Positions 20,850-30,925 are shown, counted from the stretch's first letter. The stretch: 64,000 bases of DNA from an uncultured Heliobacteriaceae bacterium (GCA_964563495.1 CAZLYK010000006.1:5900-69899); one strand, 5' to 3'. Program-made: numbers and translations. The notes: generated by a model from the sequence alone, not told the origin.

Positions 20850-23800
20850 ATGAAAACCAGAATGAAAGCGCTACCGGCGCAAGGACTGGGGTTGGGATTG
20901 CTGATCATGATCTTGATGGCAATTTCGCTCACCGGATTTGCGCAGTCAGATAACACCCAGATTTCGGGATTCATCAAGGATCAGACTGGCGCGGTCATTG
21001 CCAACGCCAAAGTCATGGCCAGGAACGAAACCAACGGCCTCGAACGTTCCGCGATCACCAACAGCGAAGGATATTACGTGATCACGCAGCTTCCGCCGGG
21101 GCTGTATACCGTGACGGCGGAAGCCAGCGGCTTCAAGCTATACAAAGAGACCAATAAGAAACTCGATCCGAATGTGCCCGCAAAACTTGACGTCTCGTTG
21201 CAACCCGGGCAGCTCAGCGAGGTCGTCAACATCACTGCTACGACTGTTGGCGTGCAGACTGAATCTGCGGCGCTGACGAAATTGATTGACGAACAGACGA
21301 TCAAAAACACTCAGCTCAATGGTCGCAACCCGCTTTTGCTGGCGGTCTTGAAACCGGGCGTGCTGGGCGGTTCGCTGGCTGGTAACAGCTTCGGTCTGAC
21401 TACCGCAGGTCTGGTCGTCAACGGCTCGCGTACCCAGGACACGTTGATCACCTTCGACGGCGCAGTCGGCGTTCGTACCCGTTCAAACGGCACCAGCATC
21501 GGTGTGGCCGACCTTGATTCGACGCAAGAAGTGCAGATTCTGACGGCCAACTACAACGCCGAATACGGTCGTTCGGCGGGCGGTCAGGTTCGGATCGTGA
21601 CCAAGGGTGGTGGTAGTGATTTTCACGGTGTGGCATATGAGTATCTGCGCAACGCGGCGCTCAATACCAACAGCTGGGATCGCAACCGGACATTTAATCC
21701 CGCCCGTCCCTGCAGCAACTCGGCGTTTTCCAAGGACAATGCCTGCCGCCCGAATCCGTTCCGTTATAACCAGTTCGGTTTTAACCTCAATGGCCCGGTC
21801 TGGATTCCCGGCCTCGAGTTCAATAAAGACCGCAACAAGCTTTTCTGGCTCTACAGCATGGAGTGGGTCAAGGTTCGTGGAACCGGAAACAACGTGACGC
21901 GCGTGCCGACGGCGAGGATGCGCGCCGGCGATTTCAGCGAGCTCTTTCCGGGCGGCCCGAACTACATCGCGGCGCTCGGAGTCAACCGTTTCGTCAAAGA
22001 CCCGCTCAAGACCGGCGCCTGCAATGCGACCGATCAGACGGCTTGCTTCAACGACGGCGGCATCATTAACAAAATTCCGGCCAACCGTTTGAGCCCGAAT
22101 GGCCTGGCGTTGTTGAAAGCTTTCCCTGATCCGGTTGCCGGTTTCTATTCGAGCGGTTCGAACTTCTTCCAGAGCCGTCCGACGCTGACCAACCAGCGCA
22201 AAGAGAACGTCAATATTGACTATCTGCCGAATGAGAAGCACCAGATCAAAGGCCGCCTGGCTCTCTATCACTTCGTTGACGTGAGCGCCTTCCGCGGTGC
22301 GACCGATCGCGCGCCGCAGATCATCACCCGCCCCAACCAGACGCTCTCGATCGGCTGGACGTGGACGGTCTCGCCGACCTGGATCAGCGAAACCTTGGTG
22401 GCGGGCAGTCGCGATCAGGTCGACATCGCCGTTGACACGCGCGGCGATCGTTACAAACGCAGCAACTACGGGATCAACTACCCGTACATCTTCAGCTCGC
22501 CGAAGGAGATTCAGGACAAGATCCCGACGGTCGACGGTCTGGACATTTTCGGCAGCCTGGACGGCGGCCCGTATCCGTCGAGTTCGACCGGCCCGATCTA
22601 CCAGATCAACAACAACTGGACGAATATTCGCGGTAACCACACGATTAAATTCGGCGGCTACTTCGAGCGCGCCGGCCAAAACGACTTCGACCAGATCAAC
22701 GTCTCCGGTACGCCGGGCGGCACGAACAATCAGAATGGCCGTTTCGTCTTTTCCAACTCCTCTTCGGATGGAAAAACGGGCGTCGCCGCCGCCAACGCAG
22801 CCCTCGGGCTGTTCGACACCTATGCCGAGATCGGCGACCGTTCATATACACCCTATCGCGGCCACATGTTCGAGTGGTTCGTTCAGGACTCCTGGAAAGC
22901 CACTTCGAAACTGCGTTTGGAAGCGGGGCTGCGCCAGAGCATCATTCAGCCGTATTACAGCCTCTGGCGTAACATGGTCGTCTTTGACTCCAAGTATTAC
23001 GACCCGACGAAGGCTGTCACGGTTGATCCGAGGACCGGGTTTATCACATCGAGCGGGACCAATCTGCAGTCGCTTTACAACGGTCTGGTCATTCCCGGCG
23101 ACGGGTGGCCTGATTCGTCGAAAGGCCCGGGTCGCGTGGCGATTTCGACGACCGGCCAATTCGATTTCCTTTTCCGTGGCGAAGGCAAATCGTTCTCGGA
23201 AATTCATAAGAACAATTTCCAACCGCGTGTCGGGCTGGCCTATGCGCTCAATGACAAGAACGTGATTCGTGCGGGCGCCGGCCGCTTTATGACGCGCCTG
23301 GGCGTGAGCGATTCGGTCTTCCTTGGCGGCAACCCGCCGCTGCAGCCGACCGTTTCCGTGACCAATGGCAGCGTCGATAACCCCGGCGGCAAACCCGGCA
23401 ACGTCTTTACACTGCAGATCACGTCACAGGACAAGATCTTCAAGAATCCTGAAGCCTGGACCTGGAACGGGACCTTCGAACGCGAGCTTGGTTTCTCGAC
23501 CAAACTTGAAGTCAGCTATGTCGGCCGTCGCGGTCTGCACGCGCAGCGCGAACGCAACATCAATCAGCTGCCGGTCGGCACTTGCCCGCTGGGTGTAGGC
23601 TGTCCGCTGATCAATCCCGCCGACGCCACGCAGGGGCGCTACAACCCCGATGCGCTGCGTCCGTATAAGGGTTTCAACATCATCCGCGTGACCAACAACG
23701 ATGCGAACTCGATGTACCACAGCTTCCAGATCGGTCTGGATCGTCGTTTCACCAAGGGGCTGAGCTACAGCTTCGCCTATACGCTGTCGAAGTCACAGGA

Positions 23801-24443
23801 TGACGGTTCGGCGCAGCGCGACGTCGTCCCCAACGCGTTCGACGTTCACAACCTGTGGGGGCCGTCGACTTTTGACCGCCGCCATCAGGTGGTTCTCAGC
23901 TTCGCTTACCAACTGCCGTTCTTCAACGATCAGTCCAGTCTGACCGGCAAACTGTTGGGCGGGTGGATCATCAGCGGCGTCTCGCAGATGGCGACCGGCA
24001 ACCCGATCTCGATCGGAACCGGCGACGATTTTGCGGGCGTTGGCCCCGGCAGCGGCGCTCAACTCTGGATCTTCACGAAGGCTCCTGAAATCAAGGGCCA
24101 GTACGCGAATAACAATGCAGACGCCGCTTACTGGTTCTATCCGTTCAATGGGGACGGCTCGGCGATCTTCACCAGACCGGCGGCGGGTACGATCTCGGCG
24201 CAGAAGGGACGTGGCCTCTTCTACAACGTGGGATTCCAGAATCACAATCTGCGTGTGACCAAGGAATTCCGGATCAAGGAGAGCCACTCCATCCAATTCG
24301 TGGCGGAGGCCTTCAACTGGTTGAACCACCCGAACTGGAGCGGCCCGGATACCAATCCGAACAACCTGACCACCACCTTCGGCAAGGTCACCACCAAAAG
24401 CGGCGAACGTCAGGTTCAGCTCGCGCTTCGCTATCAGTTCTAA
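20850..24443 (+). CDS. TonB-dependent receptor with N-terminal CarboxypepD_reg-like domain (1197 aa)
   Basis: Signal peptide. CarboxypepD_reg-like beta-sandwich (SGFIKDQTGAVIANAKVMARNETNGLERSAITNSEGYYVIT). Plug plus 22-strand-size barrel. C-terminal ...LALRYQF. Confidence 0.85.
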   Translation: MKTRMKALPAQGLGLGLLIMILMAISLTGFAQSDNTQISGFIKDQTGAVIANAKVMARNETNGLERSAITNSEGYYVITQLPPGLYTVTAEASGFKLYKETNKKLDPNVPAKLDVSLQPGQLSEVVNITATTVGVQTESAALTKLIDEQTIKNTQLNGRNPLLLAVLKPGVLGGSLAGNSFGLTTAGLVVNGSRTQDTLITFDGAVGVRTRSNGTSIGVADLDSTQEVQILTANYNAEYGRSAGGQVRIVTKGGGSDFHGVAYEYLRNAALNTNSWDRNRTFNPARPCSNSAFSKDNACRPNPFRYNQFGFNLNGPVWIPGLEFNKDRNKLFWLYSMEWVKVRGTGNNVTRVPTARMRAGDFSELFPGGPNYIAALGVNRFVKDPLKTGACNATDQTACFNDGGIINKIPANRLSPNGLALLKAFPDPVAGFYSSGSNFFQSRPTLTNQRKENVNIDYLPNEKHQIKGRLALYHFVDVSAFRGATDRAPQIITRPNQTLSIGWTWTVSPTWISETLVAGSRDQVDIAVDTRGDRYKRSNYGINYPYIFSSPKEIQDKIPTVDGLDIFGSLDGGPYPSSSTGPIYQINNNWTNIRGNHTIKFGGYFERAGQNDFDQINVSGTPGGTNNQNGRFVFSNSSSDGKTGVAAANAALGLFDTYAEIGDRSYTPYRGHMFEWFVQDSWKATSKLRLEAGLRQSIIQPYYSLWRNMVVFDSKYYDPTKAVTVDPRTGFITSSGTNLQSLYNGLVIPGDGWPDSSKGPGRVAISTTGQFDFLFRGEGKSFSEIHKNNFQPRVGLAYALNDKNVIRAGAGRFMTRLGVSDSVFLGGNPPLQPTVSVTNGSVDNPGGKPGNVFTLQITSQDKIFKNPEAWTWNGTFERELGFSTKLEVSYVGRRGLHAQRERNINQLPVGTCPLGVGCPLINPADATQGRYNPDALRPYKGFNIIRVTNNDANSMYHSFQIGLDRRFTKGLSYSFAYTLSKSQDDGSAQRDVVPNAFDVHNLWGPSTFDRRHQVVLSFAYQLPFFNDQSSLTGKLLGGWIISGVSQMATGNPISIGTGDDFAGVGPGSGAQLWIFTKAPEIKGQYANNNADAAYWFYPFNGDGSAIFTRPAAGTISAQKGRGLFYNVGFQNHNLRVTKEFRIKESHSIQFVAEAFNWLNHPNWSGPDTNPNNLTTTFGKVTTKSGERQVQLALRYQF

Positions 24444-24468
24444 CTTTTTGCCTCTCCAGGCAATTTCA

Positions 24469-24506
24469 AAGCCCGCTCGGAATTCCTATCCGAGCGGGCT
24501 TTTTTA
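24469..24506 (+). terminator. Rho-independent terminator (AAAGCCCGCTCGG-loop-CCGAGCGGGCTTTTTTAA)
   Basis: Perfect GC-rich stem followed by a T6 tract, 25 nt after the TBDR stop. Confidence 0.8.
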
Positions 24507-24590
24507 ATGGACAGGGTTGACCGGGTTGGTTCAAGATTGAACCGGATATCCCGTTCCTGCCTATCCCGTCATTTCGGAAGGAGGCGATAG

Positions 24591-25244
24591 ATGAGACTTG
24601 CAATTGGCAGCATCGTTCAGGCGGTGACAATCTCGTTCATTGTCTCGTCCACTGCTCCGGCTCAATCGGTATCTGCGCCGGATAAGCCGCCGATCGAGAT
24701 TCTCGGCTTCAAGATCGGCTCTGACTATTACCCGATGCTCGACAGCAAGAGCTCGATCACGACAGCCGACAATCCGGATTTCCCCAGGACCGACGCGGAG
24801 AATACAGCCAGGCGCCGGAGGAGCGTGCAGGTGGACGATACCAAATCGCGTGGCAAGCTGAGATCTGAAATCAGGATCATCGATCAGGCGGAGTGGGTCC
24901 AGGTGAATATCAGAAATACCGGCGATAAGGCGATCAGGGTCATCGATTGGGATTTTGCCTTTCCGCGATATGTCGATCGCAAGCTGGAATTGCGCTTCGA
25001 CGTAGTCTCGAGGATCGAGGTTAAGCCCGGCGGCAGGAAGACTCTCAAACAGCCTTTGCCACACGGAGCTACGCGCTGCAAGACCATGACCGTCGGCGCT
25101 GCAGAGATCCAGTCCGCCAAGCCCAGTACATTCGAAGCGGTTTGCGGCCCCGGCGTCCACGATCCATCTAACCTCAAGCAGGAGAGCGTGATCATCAAAC
25201 GGATCGAGTATCAGGACGGCTCGGTCTGGAATAGACAGGATTAA
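24591..25244 (+). CDS. Secreted hypothetical protein (217 aa); C-terminus -SVWNRQD* (TAA stop from GATTAA variant)
   Basis: Signal peptide. No recognizable domain. Tail from AATAGACAGGATTAA. Confidence 0.5.
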   Translation: MRLAIGSIVQAVTISFIVSSTAPAQSVSAPDKPPIEILGFKIGSDYYPMLDSKSSITTADNPDFPRTDAENTARRRRSVQVDDTKSRGKLRSEIRIIDQAEWVQVNIRNTGDKAIRVIDWDFAFPRYVDRKLELRFDVVSRIEVKPGGRKTLKQPLPHGATRCKTMTVGAAEIQSAKPSTFEAVCGPGVHDPSNLKQESVIIKRIEYQDGSVWNRQD

Positions 25245-25459
25245 CAGGATTTCACCGGATTATAGCAATTTTCACATTTGTGCGGCCGCGTCCTCGCGGC
25301 CGCACAAATGTGAAAATTGCTGCTGCAGGGAAAGCATTGATCGATGACCAATGCTATCAACGCGGTTTCAGTTTCGTGCATCCTGTCAGTCGCCCTCCCT
25401 AACGGTCGTGCGTCTGACAGGATGCACGAAACTGAAAGCCGCTGTAATCCTGTCTATTT
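25230..25459. repeat. Composite ~230-bp element E9: family termini flanking three internal hairpins (H1 28-bp perfect palindrome containing GCGGCCGC, linker IR, H2)
   Basis: AATAGACAGGATTAACAGGATTTCACCGGATT...AATTTTCACATTTGTGCGGCCGCG|CGCGGCCGCACAAATGTGAAAATT...GCGGTTTCAGTTTCGTGCATCCTGTCAG...CTGACAGGATGCACGAAACTGAAAGCCGC...TAATCCTGTCTATTT. Supplies a stop at both ends (TAA for 24591..25244, TAG for 25454..27832). Confidence 0.8.
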
Positions 25460-27832
25460 TTCTCCGCCGATCCGAATTCGCATTCCGCCAGAAAAATTGA
25501 GTCGATAGGCTCGATATCCCAGCACTTCCTGGAAATCCTGGTTGAGCAGGTTTTCGATTCTGAGGAAGATCGTCAAACGCGAATTCACGCGATAACTGCC
25601 GGCGAGATCGAGTTTGGCGTAGCCGCCGTTATAGATCGGCCGCCCGCCGGCGTCGAAGCGGGTGAAGAGCACCGGGTCGAGATCGCGGCGCTTTCCGCTG
25701 AAGAATCCATCCAGATTGAGATCCCATTTATTTCCGAGCAGTGTGAGGTTGATCGAGCCCGAATGGCGGGGCCGGCGCAAGAGTGGAAGCGCCACTTCGC
25801 GATTCGGGACCAGAGTATTGGTGTTGAAATCGATGACCTCGGCCGCCGAAACGAGCTTGGTTTTGAGAAAGGTGTAATTTCCGCTGAAGATGACTCTGTG
25901 GCCGGGGCGGGCGGTGGCCGCGATCTCATAGCCATAGCTGCGGCTGCGATCGTTATTAATAAAGTGCGTCAGACGGCCATCGGCGAGTTTGACGGGGCCG
26001 CCAAAGGTTGATGGTTCGGCGACGAAGGCGATCTGGTCGCGGAAGTGGTTGTCGAAATAGGTGATCTCGACTCGATAGCGATCTCTCATGAAGAACTGAT
26101 CGATGCCGATGTCGAAGCTGCGCGACCGTTCGGGCTTCAAACCCGGATTGCCCAGGAAGAACGGGTTCGGGCTGAAGGCTTCGATCAGTGTCGGGGCCTT
26201 GATGCCCTCGCCGTAATTGACGCGCAGGCGCGTCGGGCCCCTGCGGCTTTGAATGCCGCTCTGCCTGACCACCCAGGTCAGGGAGGCTTTCGGGACGACC
26301 TGCCTGCCGAACCCGACTTCGCCCGTGTACGCAGCCGAGCCCAGCTTGCTCAGAATCTGCGCCAGGCCGGCGGGGAGATCGGCGATGTTCTTCTCCCAGC
26401 GCAATCCGGTGTTGATGAAGAGTCGCGAGCCGAGTGCAAATTGATCCTGGACGTAAATGCCGGTGTTCGTCCGCTCGGAGGCGACTCGATTGATTCCGGC
26501 AAAACCATTATCGAAGACGGCCGACTCCTGCTCGTAATCGATGCCGGCCGAAATAAAATGCCCACTCTCGATGATGTAATCGCTCTGGTAGCGCACCCCC
26601 CGGCGGCGCTGGTGGTTATTGAAGTTCGAGGAGAAATCGTTAAAGGCGGAGAAGGTGTCGACCGGGGTGCCGGGTCTTGACAGATCCTGAGCGACCGGAT
26701 CGAAGCTGTTTTGATTGTTCTCGGAAAAGGCGAAGGTCAAACTCTGGCGCCAGTATTTGGTCGTCTGGTCTTCGAGGCGCGCTCCGAGGGCGATCCGCTT
26801 ACGCTCGATCCGCTCATCCGGATCCGGAAACAGGAACGCGGTCGCGCCCGGGACGCCGGCGCCCGATGTCTCATTTCTGGTGGTCAGGCGAAGCTGGGTG
26901 CGCTCATTGAAGCGATACCCCAGATTGGCCGTCGCGATCCGGTTTTGATAATCGTCGTTGCGGTCGCGGCCATCGGTGCGTAGATGGGTGAAGCCGGCCG
27001 AGTAGTCGAACGATTTGTAGAGCCCGGAGAGCCGGGCGAACTGGCGATTGAAAGCGAAGCTGCCGCCCTCGCCCGTAAATTCGAATTCAGGGGTCGAAGA
27101 GACCCCGCGACGGGTGAAGAACTGGAGCACACCCGAGATCGCGTCTGAGCCGTAAATCGCGCTTTGTGCGCCACGGACGAGCTCGACCTGGGCGGCGTTA
27201 TCGGTTGTCAGGTCGGCCAGATCGAAAGATCCTCCGGCGTCGTTGGCCGGAACCCCATCGATCAGGACCTTGGTGTAATCGGACTCGCCGCCCCGCAGAA
27301 AGAGCGAGGCGACTCCACCGCGCCGCGCCGTCTGAACCACAGTCACACCGGGTGAAGCGCGCAGTGCGTCGAAGACGGAGATTCGCTGGGCGCGCAGAAG
27401 ATCCGCGCCCGAAGCAACAAAGGCGCTCATCGAGGTTTCGCTCAGACGCGAATCGGTCCGCGTCGCCGAGACGATCAGTCGATCTTCGATCGCCGAAAAA
27501 TTGAGAGTCACGATTCCCGCCAGATCACGACCGGCTTCGACCTTGACCGGTTGTGCGCCTCCAGTTTGGGTCAAGCCCGCGGCCTCGACCGAGATCGAGT
27601 ATTCGCCGGGTTTCAAATCGACGAAATAGAATTCGCCACGCTCGTTGGTGCGCGTTTCGCGAACGGCCACACGATTGAGTAAGAGCAGCACGACGCGCGC
27701 GTCGCGAATTACTCCGCCTCTGGGATCGGTCACGACCCCTCGGATCGACCCGGTCGTCCCCTGAGCCAGAGCGCTCAGAGACAGGATGCAGATCAAGGTC
27801 AGGCTTGCCAGCGATCTGATGATTGAATTCAT
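25454..27832 (-). CDS. TonB-dependent receptor (CarboxypepD_reg + plug + barrel), likely the BtuB-like cobalamin receptor of the downstream btu operon
   Basis: Signal peptide. GSIRGVVTDPRGGVIRDARVVLL. Last gene of the operon with btuF/C/D-like genes under a B12 riboswitch. TAG stop taken from the repeat terminus. Confidence 0.75.
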   Translation of the reverse strand: MNSIIRSLASLTLICILSLSALAQGTTGSIRGVVTDPRGGVIRDARVVLLLLNRVAVRETRTNERGEFYFVDLKPGEYSISVEAAGLTQTGGAQPVKVEAGRDLAGIVTLNFSAIEDRLIVSATRTDSRLSETSMSAFVASGADLLRAQRISVFDALRASPGVTVVQTARRGGVASLFLRGGESDYTKVLIDGVPANDAGGSFDLADLTTDNAAQVELVRGAQSAIYGSDAISGVLQFFTRRGVSSTPEFEFTGEGGSFAFNRQFARLSGLYKSFDYSAGFTHLRTDGRDRNDDYQNRIATANLGYRFNERTQLRLTTRNETSGAGVPGATAFLFPDPDERIERKRIALGARLEDQTTKYWRQSLTFAFSENNQNSFDPVAQDLSRPGTPVDTFSAFNDFSSNFNNHQRRRGVRYQSDYIIESGHFISAGIDYEQESAVFDNGFAGINRVASERTNTGIYVQDQFALGSRLFINTGLRWEKNIADLPAGLAQILSKLGSAAYTGEVGFGRQVVPKASLTWVVRQSGIQSRRGPTRLRVNYGEGIKAPTLIEAFSPNPFFLGNPGLKPERSRSFDIGIDQFFMRDRYRVEITYFDNHFRDQIAFVAEPSTFGGPVKLADGRLTHFINNDRSRSYGYEIAATARPGHRVIFSGNYTFLKTKLVSAAEVIDFNTNTLVPNREVALPLLRRPRHSGSINLTLLGNKWDLNLDGFFSGKRRDLDPVLFTRFDAGGRPIYNGGYAKLDLAGSYRVNSRLTIFLRIENLLNQDFQEVLGYRAYRLNFSGGMRIRIGGEK

Positions 27833-27938
27833 GAGTAATACTCCAGATGGTTAGTGGCTTTTGCGGGGGGCGGTAGACGCGGGGCCGGGAATCTACGACG
27901 CCAATGTTAGTGTAAAAACGAAATCCTTCAAAATGTTT

Positions 27939-28718
27939 TTAGAATGCATGTGAAACTCTTGGATTTCCGCTTTGCGGGTGACGGTCGACCAGGAGCGGGG
28001 TATGAAAGACACGGCTCAATAGATCAGCCGTCAGCGCCTTGCGCGGCTCATGACAGATGATCAACTTTCCGTCTCTCAGAAGCGCCACCCGATCGGCGAA
28101 CTCCGCCGCCAGGTTGAGCTCGTGGGTCACGACCAGGGCTCCGATCCGTCTCTCCCTGGTCAATTGGCGGACGAAGTTGAGGAGGGAGATCTGGTGCTCG
28201 ATGTCGGCGTTAGCCGTCGGCTCGTCGAGCAGAAGCAGTCTCGGCTCCTGCGCCAGGGCGCGGGCGAGCACGACTCGCTGGCGTTCCCCCGACGAAAGCT
28301 CGTTGAATTTTCGGTTAGAGAACTGGATGGAGTCGGTATCGGCAAGGGCCTTGGCTGCGATCTCGAGATCGCGGGGCGAATCGAAGCCGAGCGCGCTGAC
28401 GTGCGCGAACCTTCCGGTCAGGACGTACTCGATCGCGGTCAAAGGGAACCGCACCTCGACGGCTTGTGCGACAACCGCTATTCTGCGCGCCGCCTCCCGG
28501 CGCGAAAAACCGGTGACCGGCTTGCCTTCAAAGAGCGCTTCGCCGCGCTGTGGCTTCAACGCCCCGTGTGCGATGCCGAGCAGCGTCGATTTACCGCTGC
28601 CGTTCGGTCCGACCAGCGCGACGATCTCGCCGGCCAGCACTTCGAGCGTGACTCCGGCGATCGCTTCCCGGCGGTCACTGTCGTGATAGCGAAAATGTAT
28701 CTCGCGCAGTTCAAGCAT
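27939..28718 (-). CDS. ABC transporter ATP-binding protein (FecE/BtuD family)
   Basis: Walker A GPNGSGKST. LSGGERQRV signature. Overlaps the permease gene by 8 nt. Confidence 0.85.
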   Translation of the reverse strand: MLELREIHFRYHDSDRREAIAGVTLEVLAGEIVALVGPNGSGKSTLLGIAHGALKPQRGEALFEGKPVTGFSRREAARRIAVVAQAVEVRFPLTAIEYVLTGRFAHVSALGFDSPRDLEIAAKALADTDSIQFSNRKFNELSSGERQRVVLARALAQEPRLLLLDEPTANADIEHQISLLNFVRQLTRERRIGALVVTHELNLAAEFADRVALLRDGKLIICHEPRKALTADLLSRVFHTPLLVDRHPQSGNPRVSHAF

Positions 28719-29787
28719 AATTCTTCCTGCCTTTGATCAGCAGGTAAACGAAGATAGGAGCACCGATCAGTGCGGTGATCGCTCCTGTCGGCAGTTCGCG
28801 CGGTGCAATCGCCGTGCGGGCTATCGCGTCCGCGATCAGGACAAGCAATCCGCCGGCCAGGGCGCCGGCTGGGATGACCAGGCGATTGTCGGTCCCGGCA
28901 GTCAGCCTGACCAGGTGGGGCACGACCAGTCCGACATAGCCGATCGCGCCGCCGGCGGAGACCGCCGCGCCGGTGAGCAGGGAAGCCGTCAGATAGACGA
29001 TCCAGCGGACTCGGGCTGTTTCGACGCCGAGCGCGAATGCATCGCGTTCGCCGATCATGATCAGGTTGAGCGCGCGGGATTGTGTGATCAGGATGATTCC
29101 GCCGATCAGCGTCGCCAGGGCGACGAAAACGAGTCCCTCGATCGTACCGTTCGACAAATCACCGAGCAGCCAGAGCGTGATGCTGCGGAGCCTCAGGTTA
29201 TCCGCCAGGGCAGTCAGCAAGACGATGACCGAAGAGAGAAAAGTAGACATGACTATTCCCGCCAGGACCAGCTGCGTCGAATCTCCCTCCCGCCGTCCGA
29301 GCCGGTAAACAACCAAGGTTGCCGCGGCCGCCCCGATAAACCCGAATAACGGGCGACTGAAGGCGAGCCCGGAAGCAAAAATCAAAGCCAGGATCGAGCC
29401 GACCGCCGCGCCGCCCGAGACTCCCAGGACATAAGGGTCGGCCAGCGGATTGCGAAGCAGCGCTTGAAAGGCCGCGCCCGCGATAGCCAGAGAGGCGCCG
29501 ACCCCAAGCGACAAGGCGATTCGCGGCAATCGCAGGCTGAAGATGATCACTTCCTCCTCGCGCGAGATGGTCAGGGGCGACCCGATCATTTTCGACCAGA
29601 GAGCGAAGAGGATTCGGCCGCTCGCGATCTTTTCGCTCCCGATCGAGAGCGCCAGCAGTGACGCCGCCAGAACCGCCAGGCCGAGCAGAATAAAGACGAT
29701 CAGCGCGCGGCGCCCGGTCAGGTAGGTGGTGACGGCCGCGGCCGGCCCGGGCTTTGTTGTCTGCTCAATCAGAATTTCGCTCTTCAC
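28711..29787 (-). CDS. FecCD-family ABC permease (BtuC-like)
   Basis: About 9 TM helices. FecCD family length and pattern. Overlaps the SBP gene by 4 nt. Confidence 0.85.
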   Translation of the reverse strand: MKSEILIEQTTKPGPAAAVTTYLTGRRALIVFILLGLAVLAASLLALSIGSEKIASGRILFALWSKMIGSPLTISREEEVIIFSLRLPRIALSLGVGASLAIAGAAFQALLRNPLADPYVLGVSGGAAVGSILALIFASGLAFSRPLFGFIGAAAATLVVYRLGRREGDSTQLVLAGIVMSTFLSSVIVLLTALADNLRLRSITLWLLGDLSNGTIEGLVFVALATLIGGIILITQSRALNLIMIGERDAFALGVETARVRWIVYLTASLLTGAAVSAGGAIGYVGLVVPHLVRLTAGTDNRLVIPAGALAGGLLVLIADAIARTAIAPRELPTGAITALIGAPIFVYLLIKGRKNYA

Positions 29788-30689
29788 GGACTCTCTGGAT
29801 GTATCCCCTGAGCCAGTTGTTCCAGACCCTCTACGATCCGAGGCCCGGGACGATCTACCCAGTCGGGGTTGACCTGGACAATGCGGTTAAAACGGATCGC
29901 CGGTGTGACGGCAAATGCGCCGCGCAGCTCCTCTTCGCTGACCAGCGCGCTGCCGTGGCTGGCCGGAACGACGATCACTTCGGGCGCTCGCGCGATGACG
30001 GTCTCGCGTGAGAACTGCGGATAATCGGCCGTCTCCTCGCCTGAAATCGACCTCCCGCCGGCGAGGGTGATCAAATCATTGATAAAAGTATTGCGGCCGG
30101 CGGTGATCAGTGGGCCGGTTTGCAAAATGTAAAAGACACTCGGTCGAGATAGATTTCTAACCCGGTTCTCGACGCCTTCGATGCGTCGCTCCATCTCACC
30201 GGCGATCGCCGCCGCTTCCTTTTCGTTTCCCGTTACCTCGCCGAGCTGGCGGATCGAGAGCGCCACTTCGCGGACGGTGCGTGGATTGGAAACGTAGACC
30301 GGGATCGAGAGCTGATCGAGGTGGCGGACCAGCTCCTCGACCTGGCTGGCGGTGGTGACGACGACCAGATCCGGTCTGAGCGCGACGATCCGTTCCAGAT
30401 TCGGGTGCAGGGTATCGCCGATCTTCTCCCTGTTTTTCGCCTCTTCGGGGAAGTCGCAGTAGCTGGTCACGCCGACGATGCGGCTGCCAAGCCCGAGAGC
30501 AAAGAGGATTTCAGTCACGTTCGGCGCGAGCGAGATGATCCGCTGCGGCCTGGCCTTGATCAAAACCGTCCGCCCGATCCCATCCCGGAATGTGAGCGCC
30601 GGCTCACCCGCCGCCGGTCGCGTTTGCCGGCAACCGATCAATAGGCAGAGCGCTAATAGCCAAACCCCACGGAACCATTTATCAAGCAT
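29784..30689 (-). CDS. Periplasmic substrate-binding protein, BtuF-like (cobalamin/siderophore class III SBP), lipoprotein
   Basis: Probable start MLDKWFRGVWLLALCLLIGC (lipobox). Class III SBP fold pattern (RIISLAPNVTEILFALGL...VTSYCDFP). The ORF-track start at 30701 is 4 codons further upstream. Confidence 0.7.
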   Translation of the reverse strand: MLDKWFRGVWLLALCLLIGCRQTRPAAGEPALTFRDGIGRTVLIKARPQRIISLAPNVTEILFALGLGSRIVGVTSYCDFPEEAKNREKIGDTLHPNLERIVALRPDLVVVTTASQVEELVRHLDQLSIPVYVSNPRTVREVALSIRQLGEVTGNEKEAAAIAGEMERRIEGVENRVRNLSRPSVFYILQTGPLITAGRNTFINDLITLAGGRSISGEETADYPQFSRETVIARAPEVIVVPASHGSALVSEEELRGAFAVTPAIRFNRIVQVNPDWVDRPGPRIVEGLEQLAQGIHPESP

Positions 30690-30714
30690 TTGGTCATCCA
30701 AATGACGAAAGCCC

Positions 30715-30925
30715 CAGACGCTCAGGTTGAAAGTTGAGCGTCTGGGGCTTCCCGGAAATCAAAAGGCAAGAAGGCTCGCCGCGGGGAGTTCAATCCCCGG
30801 GTTCACTCCGCCGCACCCTTTCAACCGAAGAGTCGTCGAAAAACCTTCAGGCAGGTCTCCTGGCTCAGCAAGCGGAAAATTTTAAAATCAATCTGAAATT
30901 TTCCCGATCAAGACCACCTTCTCGC
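30715..30925 (-). promoter_or_regulatory. Cobalamin (AdoCbl) riboswitch controlling the btuF-C-D-receptor operon
   Basis: B12 box on the minus strand (GCCAGGAGACCTGCC, reverse complement of 30850-30864). 5' GGTGG...GGGAA element (reverse complement of about 30895-30918). 14-bp perfect expression-platform hairpin (30730-30768) immediately upstream of the start codon. Confidence 0.65.

Noticed and set aside
21483-23265. Several long ORFs (398 aa minus, 322 aa plus in an alternative frame) inside the 1197-aa TonB receptor gene
   Set aside because: Alternative-frame or antisense ORFs of a high-GC gene. Arg/Ser/Thr-rich low complexity.
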